Assembly (NCBI GenBank): GCA_964057225.1
Contig: OZ059895.1
Span: forward strand, 10,416,001-10,480,000
Length of the DNA: 64,000 bases
DNA from: Auanema rhodensis
Lineage: Eukaryota > Animalia > Nematoda
Reading direction: 5' to 3'
The translations under genes were made by a program, and so were the position numbers. The notes beneath the pieces were generated by a model. The model was not told the origin of the DNA, searched no databases, and was given only the letters and a program-made list of their open reading frames with translations. Shown in pieces: positions 37,971-52,900 of this stretch (position 1 is its first letter; each line of letters begins with the position of its first letter).

Positions 37971-40900
37971 ATTTTCCGGCGGGCTCAAGTTGCTATTTTG
38001 TTCGATTTTCATGAAAAAATAAAAATTTTAAAATGTTTATTTTTAGCCCTAGAAATACGTGCAACATCTTACTCAACTCAAAATCAACTGTTTGATAATA
38101 TAAATTAGGTTTTGTGAGCATATATCCATAGTAATCATGTTTTGCGGCGGGTTCAACTTGCTATTTCGTTTGATTTTTATGAAAAATTAAATATTCTAAA
38201 AATTTTATTTCTTGTCCTAGAAATACGTGCTACATCTCATTAAACTAAGAATTAGTTGATTGAAAAGGCAAAACAAATTTTGTTAGCCCAGAAACATATT
38301 AATCATATTTTAAGGCGGGCTCAAGTTGCTATTTTGTTCGATTTTCATGAAAAAATAAAAATTTTAAAATGTTTATTTTTAGCCCTAGAAAAACGTGCAA
38401 CATCTTACTCAACCCAAAATCAACTGTTTGATAATATAAATTAGGTTTTGTGAGCATATATCCATAGCAATCATGTTTTGCGGCGGGTTCAACTTGCTAT
38501 TTCGTTTGATTTTTATGAAAAATTAAATATTCTAAAAATTTTATTTCTTGTCCTAGAAATACGTGCTACATCTCATTAAACTAAGAATTAGTTGATTGAG
38601 AAGGCAAAACAAATTTTGTTAGCACAGAACCATATTAATCATATTTTCCGGCGGGCTCAAGTTGCTATTTTGCTCGATTTTCATGAAAAAATAAAAATTT
38701 TAAAATGTTTATTTTTAGCCCTACAAATACGTACAACATCTTACTCAACTCAAAATCAACTGTTTGATAATATAAATTAGATTTTGTGAGCATATATCCA
38801 TAGTGATCATGTTTTGCGGCGGGTTCAACTTGCTATTTCGTTTGATTTTTATGAAAAATTAAATATTCTAAAAATTTTATTTCTTGTCCTAGAAATACGT
38901 GCTACATCTCTTTAAACTAAGAATTAGTTGATTGAGAAGGCAAAACAAATTTTGTTAGCACAGAACCATATTAATCATATTTTAAGGCGGGCTCAAGTTG
39001 CTATTTTGTTCGATTTTCATGAAAAAATAAAAGTTTTAAAATGTTTATTTTTAGCCCTAGAAATACGTGCAACATCTTATTATCTAAGAAAATTTGAAAA
39101 TTAAATAATTGAAAAAGTAAAACAGATTTTCTTAGCACAGAAACATATTAATCATATTTTAAGGCGGGCTAAAGTTGCTATTTTGTTCGATTTTCATGAA
39201 AAAATAAAAATTTTAAAATGTTTATTTTTAGCCTCAGAAATACGTGAAACATCTTATTATCTAAGAAAATTTGAAAATTAAATAATTGAAAAAGTAAAAC
39301 CGATTTTGTTAGCCCAGAAACATATTAATCATATTTTAAGGCGGGCTCAAGTTGCTATTTTGTTCGATTTTCATGAAAAAATAAAAATTTTAAAATGTTT
39401 ATTTTTAGCCCTAGAAATACGTGCAACATCTTACTCAACTCAAAATCAACTGTTTGATAATATAAATTAGGTTTTGTGAGCATATATAAATAGTAATCAT
39501 GTTTTGCGGCGGGTTCAACTTGCTATTTCGTTTGATTTTTATGAAAAATTAAATATTCTAAAAATTTTATTTCTTGTCCTAGAAAAACGTGCTACATCTC
39601 ATTAAACTAAGAATTAGTTGATTGAAAAGGCAAAACAAATTTTGTTAGCACAGAACCATATTAATCATATTTTCCGGCGGGCTCAAGTTGCTATTTTGTT
39701 CGATTTTCATGAAAAAATAAAAATTTTAAAATGTTTATTTTTAGCCCTAGAAATACGTGCAACATCTTACTCAACTCAAAATCAACTGTTTGATAATATA
39801 AATTAGATTTTGTGAGCATATATCCAAAGTGATCATGTTTTGCGGCGGGTTCAACTTGCTATTTCGTTTGATTTTTATGAAAAATTAAATATTCTAAAAA
39901 TTTTATTTCTTGTCCTAGAAATACGTGCTACATCTCTTTAAACTAAGAATTAGTTGATTGAGAAGGCAAAACAAATTTTGTTAGCACAGAACCATATTAA
40001 TCATATTTTCCGGCGGGCTCAAGTTGCTATTTTGTTCGATTTTCATGAAAAAATAAAAATTTTAAAATGTTTATTTTTAGCCCTAGAAATACGTGCAACA
40101 TCTTACTCAACTCAAAATCAACTGTTTGATAATATAAATTAGGTTTTGTGAGCATATATCCATAGTAATCATGTTTTGCGGCGGTTTCAACTTGCTATTT
40201 CGTTTGATTTTTATGAAAAATTAAATATTCTAAAACTTTTATTTCTTGTCCTAGAAATACGTGCTACATCTCATTAAACTAAGAATTAGTTGATTGAAAA
40301 GGCAAAACAAATTTTGTGAGCATATACCCATAGTAATCATGTTTTGCGGCGTGCTCAAGTTGCTATTTTGTTCGATTTTTATGAAAAATTAAATATTTTC
40401 AAATGTTTATTTTTCGCCCTAGAAATATGTGCAACATCTTATTATCTAAGAAAATTTGAAAATTAAATGATTGAAAAAGTAAAACAGATTTTGTTAGCAC
40501 AGAAACATATTAATCATATTTTACGGCGGGCTCAAGTTGCTATTTTGTTCGATTTTTATGAAAAATTGAAAATTTTAAAATGTTTATTTTTAGCCCTAGA
40601 AATACGTGCAACATCTTATTCAACTCAAAATCAACTGTTTGATAATATAAATTAGGTTTTGTGAGCATATATCCATAGTAATCATGTTTTGCGGCGGGTT
40701 CAACTTGCTATTTCGTTTGATTTTTATGAAAAATTAAATATTTTAAAAATTTTATTTCTTGTCCTAGAAATACGTGCTACATCTCATTAAACTAAGAATT
40801 AGTTGATTGAGAAGGCAAAACAAATTTTGTTAGCACAGAACCATATTAATCATATTTTCCGGCGGGCTCAAGTTTCTATTTTGTTCGATTTTCATGAAAA

Positions 40901-43900
40901 AATAAAAATTTTAAAATGTTTATTTTTAGCCCTAGAAATACGTGCAACATCTTACTCAACTCAAAATCAACTGTTTGATAATATAAATTAGGTTTTGTGA
41001 GCATATATCCATAGTAATCATGTTTTGCGGCGGTTTCAACTTGCTATTTCGTTTGATTTTTATGAAAAATTAAATATTCTAAAACTTTTATTTCTTGTCC
41101 TAGAAATACGTGCTACATCTCATTAAACTAAGAATTAGTTGATTGAAAAGGCAAAACAAATTTTGTGAGCATATACCCATAGTAATCATGTTTTGCGGCG
41201 TGCTCAAGTTGCTATTTTGTTCGATTTTTATGAAAAATTAAATATTTTCAAATGTTTATTTTTCGCCCTAGAAATATGTGCAACATCTTATTATCTAAGA
41301 AAATTTGAAAATTAAATGATTGAAAAAGTAAAACAGATTTTGTTAGCACAGAAACACATTAATCATATTTTACGGCGGGCTCAAGTTGCTATTTTGTTCG
41401 ATTTTCATGAAAAAATAAAAATTTTAAAATGTTTATTTTTAGCCCTAGAAATATGTGCAACATCTTATTATCTAAGAAAATTTGAAAATTAAATGATTGA
41501 AAAAGTAAAACAGATTTTGTTAGCACAGAAACATATTAATCATATTTTACGGCGGGCTCAAGTTGCTATTTTGTTCGATTTTCATGAAAAAATAAAAATT
41601 TTAAAATGTTTATTTTTAGCCCTAGAAATACGTGCAACATCTTATTCAACTCAAAATCAACTGTTTGATAATATAAATTAGGTTTTGTGAGCATATATCC
41701 ATAGTAATCATGCTTTGCGGCGGGTTCAACTTGCTATTTCGTTTGATTTTTATGAAAAATTAAATATTTTAAAAATTTTATTTCTTGTCCTAGAAATACG
41801 TGCTACATCTCATTAAACTAAGAATTAGTTGATTGAGAAGGCAAAACAAATTTTGTTAGCACAGAACCATATTAATCATATTTTCCGGCGGGCTCAAGTT
41901 TCTATTTTGTTCGATTTTCATGAAAAAATAAAAGTTTTAAAATGTTTATTTTTAGCCCTAGAAATACGTGCAACATCTTATTATCTGAGAAAATTTGAAA
42001 ATTAAATGATTGAAAAAGTAAAACAGATTTTGTTAGCACAGAAACATATTAATCATATTTTAATTTAAGGCGGGCTCAAGTTGCTATTTTGTTCGATTTT
42101 CATGAAAAAATAAAAATTTTAAAATGTTTATTTTTAGCCCTAGAAATACGTGCAACATCTTACTCAACTCAAAATCAACTGTTTGATAATATAAATTAGG
42201 TTTTGTGAGCATATATCCATAGTAATCATGTTTTGCGGCGGTTTCAACTTGCTATTTCGTTTGATTTTTATGAAAAATTAAATATTCTTAAAATTTTATT
42301 TCTTGTCCTAGAAATACGTGCTACATCTCTTTAAACTAAGAAGTAGTTGATTGAAAAGGCAAAACAAATTTTGTGAGCATATACCCATAGTAATCATGTT
42401 TTGCGGCGTGCTCAAGTTGCTATTTTGTTCGATTTTTATGAAAAATTAAATATTTTCAAATGTTTATTTTTCGCCCTAGAAATACGTGCAACATCTTATT
42501 CAACTCAAAATCAACTGTTTGATAAAATAAATTAGGTTTTGTGAGCATATATCCATAGTGATCATGTTTTGCGGCGGGTTCAACTTGCTATTTCGTTTGA
42601 TTTTTATGAAAAATTAAATATTCTAAAAATTTTATTTCTTGTCCTAGAAATACGTGCTACATCTCTTTGAACTAAGAATTAGTTGATTGAGAAGGCAAAA
42701 CAAATTTTGTTAGCACAGAACCATATTAATCATATTTTCCGGCGGGCTTAAGTTGCTATTTTGTTCAATTTTCATGAAAAAATAAAAATTTTTAAATGTT
42801 TATTTTTCGCCCTAGAAATACGTGCAACATCTTATTATCTAAGAAAACTTGAAAATTAAATGATTGATAAAGTAAAACAGATTTTGTTAGCACAGAAACA
42901 TATTAATCATATTTTAAGGCGGGCTCAAGTTGCTATTTTGTTCGATTTTCATGAAAAAATAAAAGTTTTAAAATGTTTATTTTTAGCCCTAGAAATACGT
43001 GCAACATCTTATTATCTAAGAAAATTTGAAAATTAAATAATTGAAAAAGTAAAACAGATTTTCTTAGCACAGAAACATATTAATCATATTTTAAGGCGGG
43101 CTAAAGTTGCTATTTTGTTCGATTTTCATGAAAAAATAAAAATTTTAAAATGTTTATTTTTAGCCTCAGAAATACGTGCAACATCTTATTATCTAAGAAA
43201 ATTTGAAAATTAAATAATTGAAAAAGTAAAACCGATTTTGTTAGCCCAGAAACATATTAATCATATTTTAAGGCGGGCTCAAGTTGCTATTTTGTTCGAT
43301 TTTCATGAAAAAATAAAAATTTTAAAATGTTTATTTTTAGCCCTAGAAATACGTGCAACATCTTACTCAACTCAAAATCAACTGTTTGATAATATAAATT
43401 AGGTTTTGTGAGCATATATCCATAGTAATCATGTTTTGCGGCGGGTTCAACTTGCTATTTCGTTTGATTTTTATGAAAAATTAAATATTCTAAAAATTTT
43501 ATTTCTTGTCCTAGAAATACGTGCTACATCTCTTTAAACTAAGAATTAGTTGATTGAGAAGGCAAAACAAATTTTGTTAGCACAGAACCATATTAATCAT
43601 ATTTTCCGGCGGGCTTAAGTTGCTATTTTGTTCGATTTTCATGAAAAAATAAAAATTTTAAAATGTTTATTTTTAGCCCTAGAAATACGTGCAACATCTT
43701 ACTCAACTCAAAATCAACTGTTTGATAATATAAATTAGATTTTGTGAGCATATATCCAAAGTGATCATGTTTTGCGGCGGGTTCAACTTGCTATTTCGTT
43801 TGATTTTTATGAAAAATTAAATATTCTAAAAATTTTATTTCTTGTCCTAGAAATACGTGCTACATCTCTTTAAACTAAGAATTAGTTGATTGAGAAGGCA

Positions 43901-46900
43901 AAACAAATTTTGTTAGCACAGAACCATATTAATCATATTTTCCGGCGGGCTTATGTTGCTATTTTGTTCAATTTTCATGAAAAAATAAAAATTTTTAAAT
44001 GTTTATTTTTCGCCCTAGAAATACGTGCAACATCTTATTATCTAAGAAAATTTGAAAATTAAATAATTGAAAAAGTAAAACAGATTTTCTTAGCACAGAA
44101 ACATATTAATCATATTTTAAGGCGGGCTAAAGTTGCTATTTTGTTCGATTTTCATGAAAAAATAAAAGTTTTAAAATGTTTATTTTTAGCCCTAGAAATA
44201 CGTGCAACATCTTATTATCTAAGAAAATTTGAAAATTGAATAATTGAAAAAGTAAAACAGATTTTGTTAGCACAGAAACATATTAATCATATTTTAAGGC
44301 GGGCTAAAGTTGCTATTTTGTTCGATTTTCATGAAAAAATAAAAATTTTAAAATGTTTATTTTTAGCCTCAGAAATACGTGAAACATCTTATTATCTAAG
44401 AAAATTTGAAAATTAAATAATTGAAAAAGTAAAACCGATTTTGTTAGCCCAGAAACATATTAATCATATTTTAAGGCGGGCTCAAGTTGCTATTTTGTTC
44501 GATTTTCATGAAAAAATAAAAATTTTAAAATGTTTATTTTTAGCCCTAGAAATACGTGCAACATCTTACTCAACTCAAAATCAACTGTTTGATAATATAA
44601 ATTAGGTTTTGTGAGCATATATCCATAGTAATCATGTTTTGCGGCGGGTTCAACTTGCTATTTCGTTTGATTTTTATGAAAAATTAAATATTCTAAATTT
44701 TTTATTTCTTGTCCTAGAAAAACGTGCTACATCTCATTAAACTAAGAATTAGTTGATTGAAAAGGCAAAACAAATTTTGTTAGCACAGAACCATATTAAT
44801 CATATTTTCCGGCGGGCTCAAGTTGCTATTTTGTTCGATTTTCATGAAAAAATAAAAGTTTTAAAATGTTTATTTTTAGCCCTAGAAATACGTGCAACAT
44901 CTTACTCAACTCAAAATCAACTGTTTGATAATATAAATTAGGTTTTGTGAGCATATATCCAAAGTTATCATGTTTTGCGGCGGGTTCAACTTGCTATTTC
45001 GTTTGATTTTTATGAAAAATTAAATATTCTAAAAATTTTATTTCTTGTCCTAGAAATACGTGCTACATCTCTTTAAACTAAGAATTAGTTGATTGAGAAG
45101 GCAAAACAAATTTTGTTAGCACAGAACCATATTAATCATATTTTCCGGCGGGCTTAAGTTGCTATTTTGTTCAATTTTCATGAAAAAATAAAAATTTTTA
45201 AATGTTTATTTTTCGCCCTAGAAATACGTGCAACATCTTATTATCTAAGAAAACTTGAAAATTAAATGATTGATAAAGTAAAACAGATTTTGTTAGCACA
45301 GAAACATATTAATCATATTTTAAGGCGGGCTCAAGTTGCTATTTTGTTCGATTTTCATGAAAAAATAAAAGTTTTAAAATGTTTATTTTTAGCCCTAGAA
45401 ATACGTGCAACATCTTATTATCTAAGAAAATTTGAAAATTAAATAATTGAAAAAGTAAAACAGATTTTCTTAGCACAGAAACATATTAATCATATTTTAA
45501 GGCGGGCTAAAGTTGCTATTTTGTTCGATTTTCATGAAAAAATAAAAATTTTAAAATGTTTATTTTTAGCCTCAGAAATACGTGCAACATCTTATTATCT
45601 AAGAAAATTTGAAAATTAAATAATTGAAAAAGTAAAACCGATTTTGTTAGCCCAGAAACATATTAATCATATTTTAAGGCGGGCTCAAGTTGCTATTTTG
45701 TTCGATTTTCATGAAAAAATAAAAATTTTAAAATGTTTATTTTTAGCCCTAGAAATACGTGCAACATCTTACTCAACTCAAAATCAACTGTTTGATAATA
45801 TAAATTAGGTTTTGTGAGCATATATCCATAGTAATCATATTTTCCGGCGGGCTCAAGTTGCTATTTTGTTCGATTTTCATGAAAAAATAAAAGTTTTAAA
45901 ATGTTTATTTTTAGCCCTAGAAATACGTGCAACATCTTACTCAACTCAAAATCAACTGTTTGATAATATAAATTAGATTTTGTGAGCATATATCCAAAGT
46001 GATCATGTTTTGCGGCGGGTTCAACTTGCTATTTCGTTTGATTTTTATGAAAAATTAAATATTCTAAAAATTTTATTTCTTGTCCTAGAAATACGTGCTA
46101 CATCTCTTTAAACTAAGAATTAGTTGATTGAAAAGGCAAAATAAATTTTGTTAGCACAGAACCATATTAATCATATTTTCCGGCGGGCTTAAGTTGCTAT
46201 TTTGTTCAATTTTCATGAAAAAATAAAAATTTTTAAATGTTTATTTTTCGCCCTAGAAATACGTGCAACATCTTATTATCTAAGAAAACTTGAAAATTAA
46301 ATGATTGATAAAGTAAAACAGATTTTGTTAGCACAGAAACATATTAATCATATTTTAAGGCGGGCTCAAGTTGCTATTTTGTTCGATTTTCATGAAAAAA
46401 TAAAAGTTTTAAAATGTTTATTTTTAGCCCTAGAAATACGTGCAACATCTTATTATCTAAGAAAATTTGAAAATTAAATAATTGAAAAAGTAAAACAGAT
46501 TTTCTTAGCACAGAAACATATTAATCATATTTTAAGGCGGGCTAAAGTTGCTATTTTGTTCGATTTTCATGAAAAAATAAAAATTTTAAAATGTTTATTT
46601 TTAGCCCTAGAAATACGTGCAACATCTTACTCAACTCAAAATCAACTGTTTGATAATATAAATTAGGTTTTGTGAGCATATATCCATAGTAATCATGTTT
46701 TGCGGCGGGTTCAACTTGCTATTTCGTTTGATTTTTATGAAAAATTAAATATTCTAAAAATTTTATTTCTTGTCCTAGAAATACGTGCTACATCTCTTTA
46801 AACTAAGAATTAGTTGATTGAGAAGGCAAAACAAATTTTGTTAGCACAGAACCATATTAATCATATTTTCCGGCGGGCTTAAGTTGCTATTTTGTTCAAT

Positions 46901-49900
46901 TTTCATGAAAAAATAAAAATTTTTAAATGTTTATTTTTCGCCCTAGAAATACGTGCAACATCTTATTATCTAAGAAAACTTGAAAATTAAATGATTGATA
47001 AAGTAAAACAGATTTTGTTAGCACAGAAACATATTAATCATATTTTAAGGCGGGCTCAAGTTGCTATTTTGTTCGATTTTCATGAAAAAATAAAAGTTTT
47101 AAAATGTTTATTTTTAGCCCTAGAAATACGTGCAACATCTTATTATCTAAGAAAATTTGAAAATTAAATAATTGAAAAAGTAAAACAGATTTTGTTAGCA
47201 CAGAAACATATTAATCATATCTTAAGGCGGGCTAAAGTTGCTATTTTGTTCGATTTTCATGAAAAAATAAAAATTTTAAAATGTTTATTTTTAGCCTCAG
47301 AAATACGTGAAACATCTTATTATCTAAGAAAATTTGAAAATTAAATAATTGAAAAAGTAAAACCGATTTTGTTAGCCCAGAAACATATTAATCATATTTT
47401 AAGGCGGGCTCAAGTTGCTATTTTGTTCGATTTTCATGAAAAAATAAAAATTTTAAAATGTTTATTTTTAGCCCTAGAAATACGTGCAACATCTTACTCA
47501 ACTCAAAATCAACTGTTTGATAATATAAATTAGATTTTGTGAGTATATATCCAAAGTGATCATGTTTTGCGGCGGGTTCAACTTGCTATTTCGTTTGATT
47601 TTTATGAAAAATTAAATATTCTAAAAATTTTATTTCTTGTCCTAGAAATACGTGCTACATCTCTTTAAACTAAGAATTAGTTGATTGATAAAGTAAAACA
47701 GATTTTGTTAGCACAGAAACATATTAATCATATTTTAAGGCGGGCTCAAGTTGCTATTTTGTTCGATTTTCATGAAAAAATAAAAATTTTAAAATGTTTA
47801 TTTTAAGCCCTAGAAATACGTGCAACATCTTACTCAACTCAAAATCAACTGTTTGATAATATAAATTAGGTTTTGTGAGCATATATCCATAGTAATCATG
47901 TTTTGCGGCGGTTTCAACTTGCTATTTCGTTTGATTTTTATGAAAAATTAAATATTCTAAAACTTTTATTTCTTGTCCTAGAAATACGTGCTACATCTCT
48001 TTAAACTAAGAATTAGTTGATTGAGAAGGCAAAACAAATTTTGTTAGCACAGAACCATATTAATCATATTTTCCGGCGGGCTTAAGTTGCTATTTTGTTC
48101 AATTTTCATGAAAAAATAAAAATTTTTAAATGTTTATTTTTCGCCCTAGAAATACGTGCAACATCTTATTATCTAAGAAAACTTGAAAATTAAATGATTG
48201 ATAAAGTAAAACAGATTTTGTTAGCACAGAAACATATTAATCATATTTTAAGGCGGGCTCAAGTTGCTATTTTGTTCGATTTTCATGAAAAAATAAAAGT
48301 TTTAAAATGTTTATTTTTAGCCCTAGAAATACGTGCAACATCTTATTATCTAAGAAAATTTGAAAATTAAATAATTGAAAAAGTAAAACAGATTTTGTTA
48401 GCACAGAAACATATTAATCATATCTTAAGGCGGGCTAAAGTTGCTATTTTGTTCGATTTTCATGAAAAAATAAAAATTTTAAAATGTTTATTTTTAGCCT
48501 CAGAAATACGTGAAACATCTTATTATCTAAGAAAATTTGAAAATTAAATAATTGAAAAAGTAAAACCGATTTTGTTAGCCCAGAAACATATTAATCATAT
48601 TTTAAGGCGGGCTCAAGTTGCTATTTTGTTCGATTTTCATGAAAAAATAAAAATTTTAAAATGTTTATTTTTAGCCCTAGAAATACGTGCAACATCTTAC
48701 TCAACTCAAAATCAACTGTTTGATAATATAAATTAGGTTTTGTGAGCATATATCCATAGTAATCATGTTTTGCGGCGGGTTCAACTTGCTATTTCGTTTG
48801 ATTTTTATGAAAAATTAAATATTCTAAATTTTTTATTTCTTGTCCTAGAAAAACGTGCTACATCTCATTAAACTAAGAATTAGTTGATTGAAAAGGCAAA
48901 ACAAATTTTGTTAGCACAGAACCATATTAATCATATTTTCCGGCGGGCTCAAGTTGCTATTTTGTTCGATTTTCATGAAAAAATAAAAGTTTTAAAATGT
49001 TTATTTTTAGCCCTAGAAATACGTGCAACATCTTACTCAACTCAAAATCAACTGTTTGATAATATAAATTAGATTTTGTGAGTATATATCCAAAGTGATC
49101 ATGTTTTGCGGCGGGTTCAACTTGCTATTTCGTTTGATTTTTATGAAAAATTAAATATTCTAAAAATTTTATTTCTTGTCCTAGAAATACGTGCTACATC
49201 TCTTTAAACTAAGAATTAGTTGATTGAGAAGGCAAAACAAATTTTGTTAGCACAGAACCATATTGATCATATTTTCCGGCGGGCTTAAGTTGCTATTTTG
49301 TTCAATTTTCATGAAAAAATAAAAGTTTTAAAATGTTTATTTTTAGCCCTAGAAATACGTGCAACATCTTACTCAACTCAAAATCAACTGTTTGATAATA
49401 TAAATTAGATTTTGTGAGTATATATCCAAAGTGATCATGTTTTGCGGCGGGTTCAACTTGCTATTTCGTTTGATTTTTATGAAAAATTAAATATTCTAAA
49501 AATTTTATTTCTTGTCCTAGAAATACGTGCTACATCTCTTTAAACTAAGAATTAGTTGATTGATAAAGTAAAACAGATTTTGTTAGCACAGAAACATATT
49601 AATCATATTTTAAGGCGGGCTCAAGTTGCTATTTTGTTCGATTTTCATGAAAAAATAAAAATTTTAAAATGTTTATTTTAAGCCCTAGAAATACGTGCAA
49701 CATCTTACTCAACTCAAAATCAACTGTTTGATAATATAAATTAGGTTTTGTGAGCATATATCCATAGTAATCATGTTTTGCGGCGGTTTCAACTTGCTAT
49801 TTCGTTTGATTTTTATGAAAAATTAAATATTCTAAAACTTTTATTTCTTGTCCTAGAAATACGTGCTACATCTCATTAAACTAAGAATTAGTTGATTGAA

Positions 49901-52900
49901 AAGGCAAAACAAATTTTGTGAGCATATACCCATAGTAATCATGTTTTGCGGCGTGCTCAAGTTGCTATTTTGTTCGATTTTTATGAAAAAATAAAAATTT
50001 TAAAATGTTTATTTTTAGCCCTAGAAATACGTGCAACATCTTACTCAACTCAAAATCAACTGTTTGATAATATAAATTAGGTTTTGTGAGCATATATCCA
50101 TAGTAATCATGTTTTGCGGCGGTTTCAACTTGCTATTTCGTTTGATTTTCATGAAAAATTAAATATTCTAAAACTTTTATTTCTTGTCCTAGAAATACGT
50201 GCTACATCTCATTAAACTAAGAATTAGTTGATTGAAAAGGCAAAACAAATTTTGTGAGCATATACCCATAGTAATCATGTTTTGCGGCGTGCTCAAGTTG
50301 CTATTTTGTTCGATTTTTATGAAAAATTAAATATTTTCAAATGTTTATTTTTCGCCCTAGAAATATGTGCAACATTTTATTATCTAAGAAAATTTGAAAA
50401 TTAAATGATTGAAAAAGTAAAACAGATTTTGTTAGCACAGAAACATATTAATCATATTTTACGGCGGGCTCAAGTTGCTATTTTGTTCGATTTTCATGAA
50501 AAAATAAAAATTTTAAAATGTTTATTTTTAGCCCTAGAAATACGTGCAACATCTTATTCAACTCAAAATCAACTGTTTGATAATATAAATTAGGTTTTGT
50601 GAGCATATATCCATAGTAATCATGTTTTGCGGCGGGTTCAACTTGCTATTTCGTTTGATTTTTATGAAAAATTAAATATTTTAAAAATTTTATTTCTTGT
50701 CCTAGAAATACGTGCTACATCTCATTAAACTAAGAATTAGTTGATTGAGAAGGCAAAACAAATTTTGTTAGCACAGAACCATATTAATCATATTTTCCGG
50801 CGGGCTCAAGTTTCTATTTTGTTCAATTTTCATGAAAAAATAAAAATTTTTAAATGTTTATTTTTCGCCCTAGAAATACGTGCAACATCTTATTATCTAA
50901 GAAAACTTGAAAATTAAATGATTGATAAAGTAAAACAGATTTTGTTAGCACAGAAACATATTAATCATATTTTAAGGCGGGCTCAAGTTGCTATTTTGTT
51001 CGATTTTTATGAAAAATTAAATATTTTCAAATGTTTATTTTTAGCCCTAGAAATACGTGCAACATCTTATTATCTAAGAAAATTTGAAAATTAAATAATT
51101 GAAAAAGTAAAACAGATTTTGTTAGCACAGAAACATATTGATCATATTTTAAGGCGGGCTCAAGTTGCTATTTTGTTCGATTTTAATGAAAAAATAAAAA
51201 TTTTAAAATGTTTATTTTTAGCCCTAGAAATACGTGCAACATCTTACTCAACTCAAAATCAACTGTTTGATAATATAAATTAGGTTTTGTGAGCATATAT
51301 CCATAGTAATCATGTTTTGCGGCGGTTTCAACTTGCTATTTCGTTTGATTTTTATGAAAAATTAAATATTTTCAAATGTTTATTTTTCGCCCTAGAAATA
51401 CGTGCAACATCTTATTATCTAAGAAAATTTGAAAATTAAATGATTGATAAAGTAAAACAGATTTTGTTAGCACAGAAACATATTGATCATATTTTAAGGC
51501 GGGCTCAAGTTGCTATTTTGTTCGATTTTCATGAAAAAATAAAAATTTTAAAATGTTTATTTTTAGCCCTAGAAATACGTGCAACATCTTACTCAACTCA
51601 AAATCAACTGTTTGATAATATAAATTAGGTTTTGTGAGCATATATCCATAGTAATCATGTTTTGCGGCGGTTTCAACTTGCTATTTTGTTTGATTTTTAT
51701 GAAAAATTAAATATTCTAAAACTTTTATTTCTTGTCCTAGAAATACGTGCTACATCTCATTAAACTAAGAATTAGTTGATTGAAAAGGCAAAACAAATTT
51801 TGTGAGCATATACCCATAGTAATCATGTTTTGCGGCGGTTTCAACTTGCTATTTTGTTTGATTTTTATGAAAAATTAAATATTCTAAAAATTTTATTTCT
51901 TGTCCTAGAAATACGTGCTACATCTCTTTAAACTAAGAATTAGTTGATTGAGAAGGCAAAACAAATTTTGTTAGCACAGAACCATATTAATCATATTTTC
52001 CGGCGGGCTTAAGTTGCTATTTTGTTCAATTTTCATGAAAAAATAAAAATTTTTAAATGTTTATTTTTCGCCCTAGAAATACGTGCAACATCTTATTATC
52101 TAAGAAAACTTGAAAATTAAATGATTGATAAAGTAAAACAGATTTTGTTAGCACAGAAACATATTAATCATATTTTAAGGCGGGCTCAAGTTGCTATTTT
52201 GTTCGATTTTCATGAAAAAATAAAAGTTTTAAAATGTTTATTTTTAGCCCTAGAAATACGTGCAACATCTTATTATCTAAGAAAATTTGAAAATTAAATA
52301 ATTGAAAAAGTAAAACAGATTTTGTTAGCACAGAAACATATTAATCATATTTTAAGGCGGGCTAAAGTTGCTATTTTGTTCGATTTTCATGAAAAAATAA
52401 AAATTTTAAAATGTTTATTTTTAGCCTCAGAAATACGTGAAACATCTTATTATCTAAGAAAATTTGAAAATTAAATAATTGAAAAAGTAAAACCGATTTT
52501 GTTAGCCCAGAAACATATTAATCATATTTTAAGGCGGGCTCAAGTTGCTATTTTGTTCGATTTTCATGAAAAAATAAAAATTTTAAAATGTTTATTTTTA
52601 GCCCTAGAAATACGTGCAACATCTTACTCAACTCAAAATCAACTGTTTGATAATATAAATTAGGTTTTGTGAGCATATATCCATAGTAATCATGTTTTGC
52701 GGCGGGTTCAACTTGCTATTTCGTTTGATTTTTATGAAAAATTAAATATTCTAAAAATTTTATTTCTTGTCCTAGAAATACGTGCTACATCTCTTTAAAC
52801 TAAGAATTAGTTGATTGAAAAGGCAAAACAAATTTTGTTAGCACAGAACCATATTAATCATATTTTCCGGCGGGCTCGAGTTGCTATTTTGTTCGATTTT

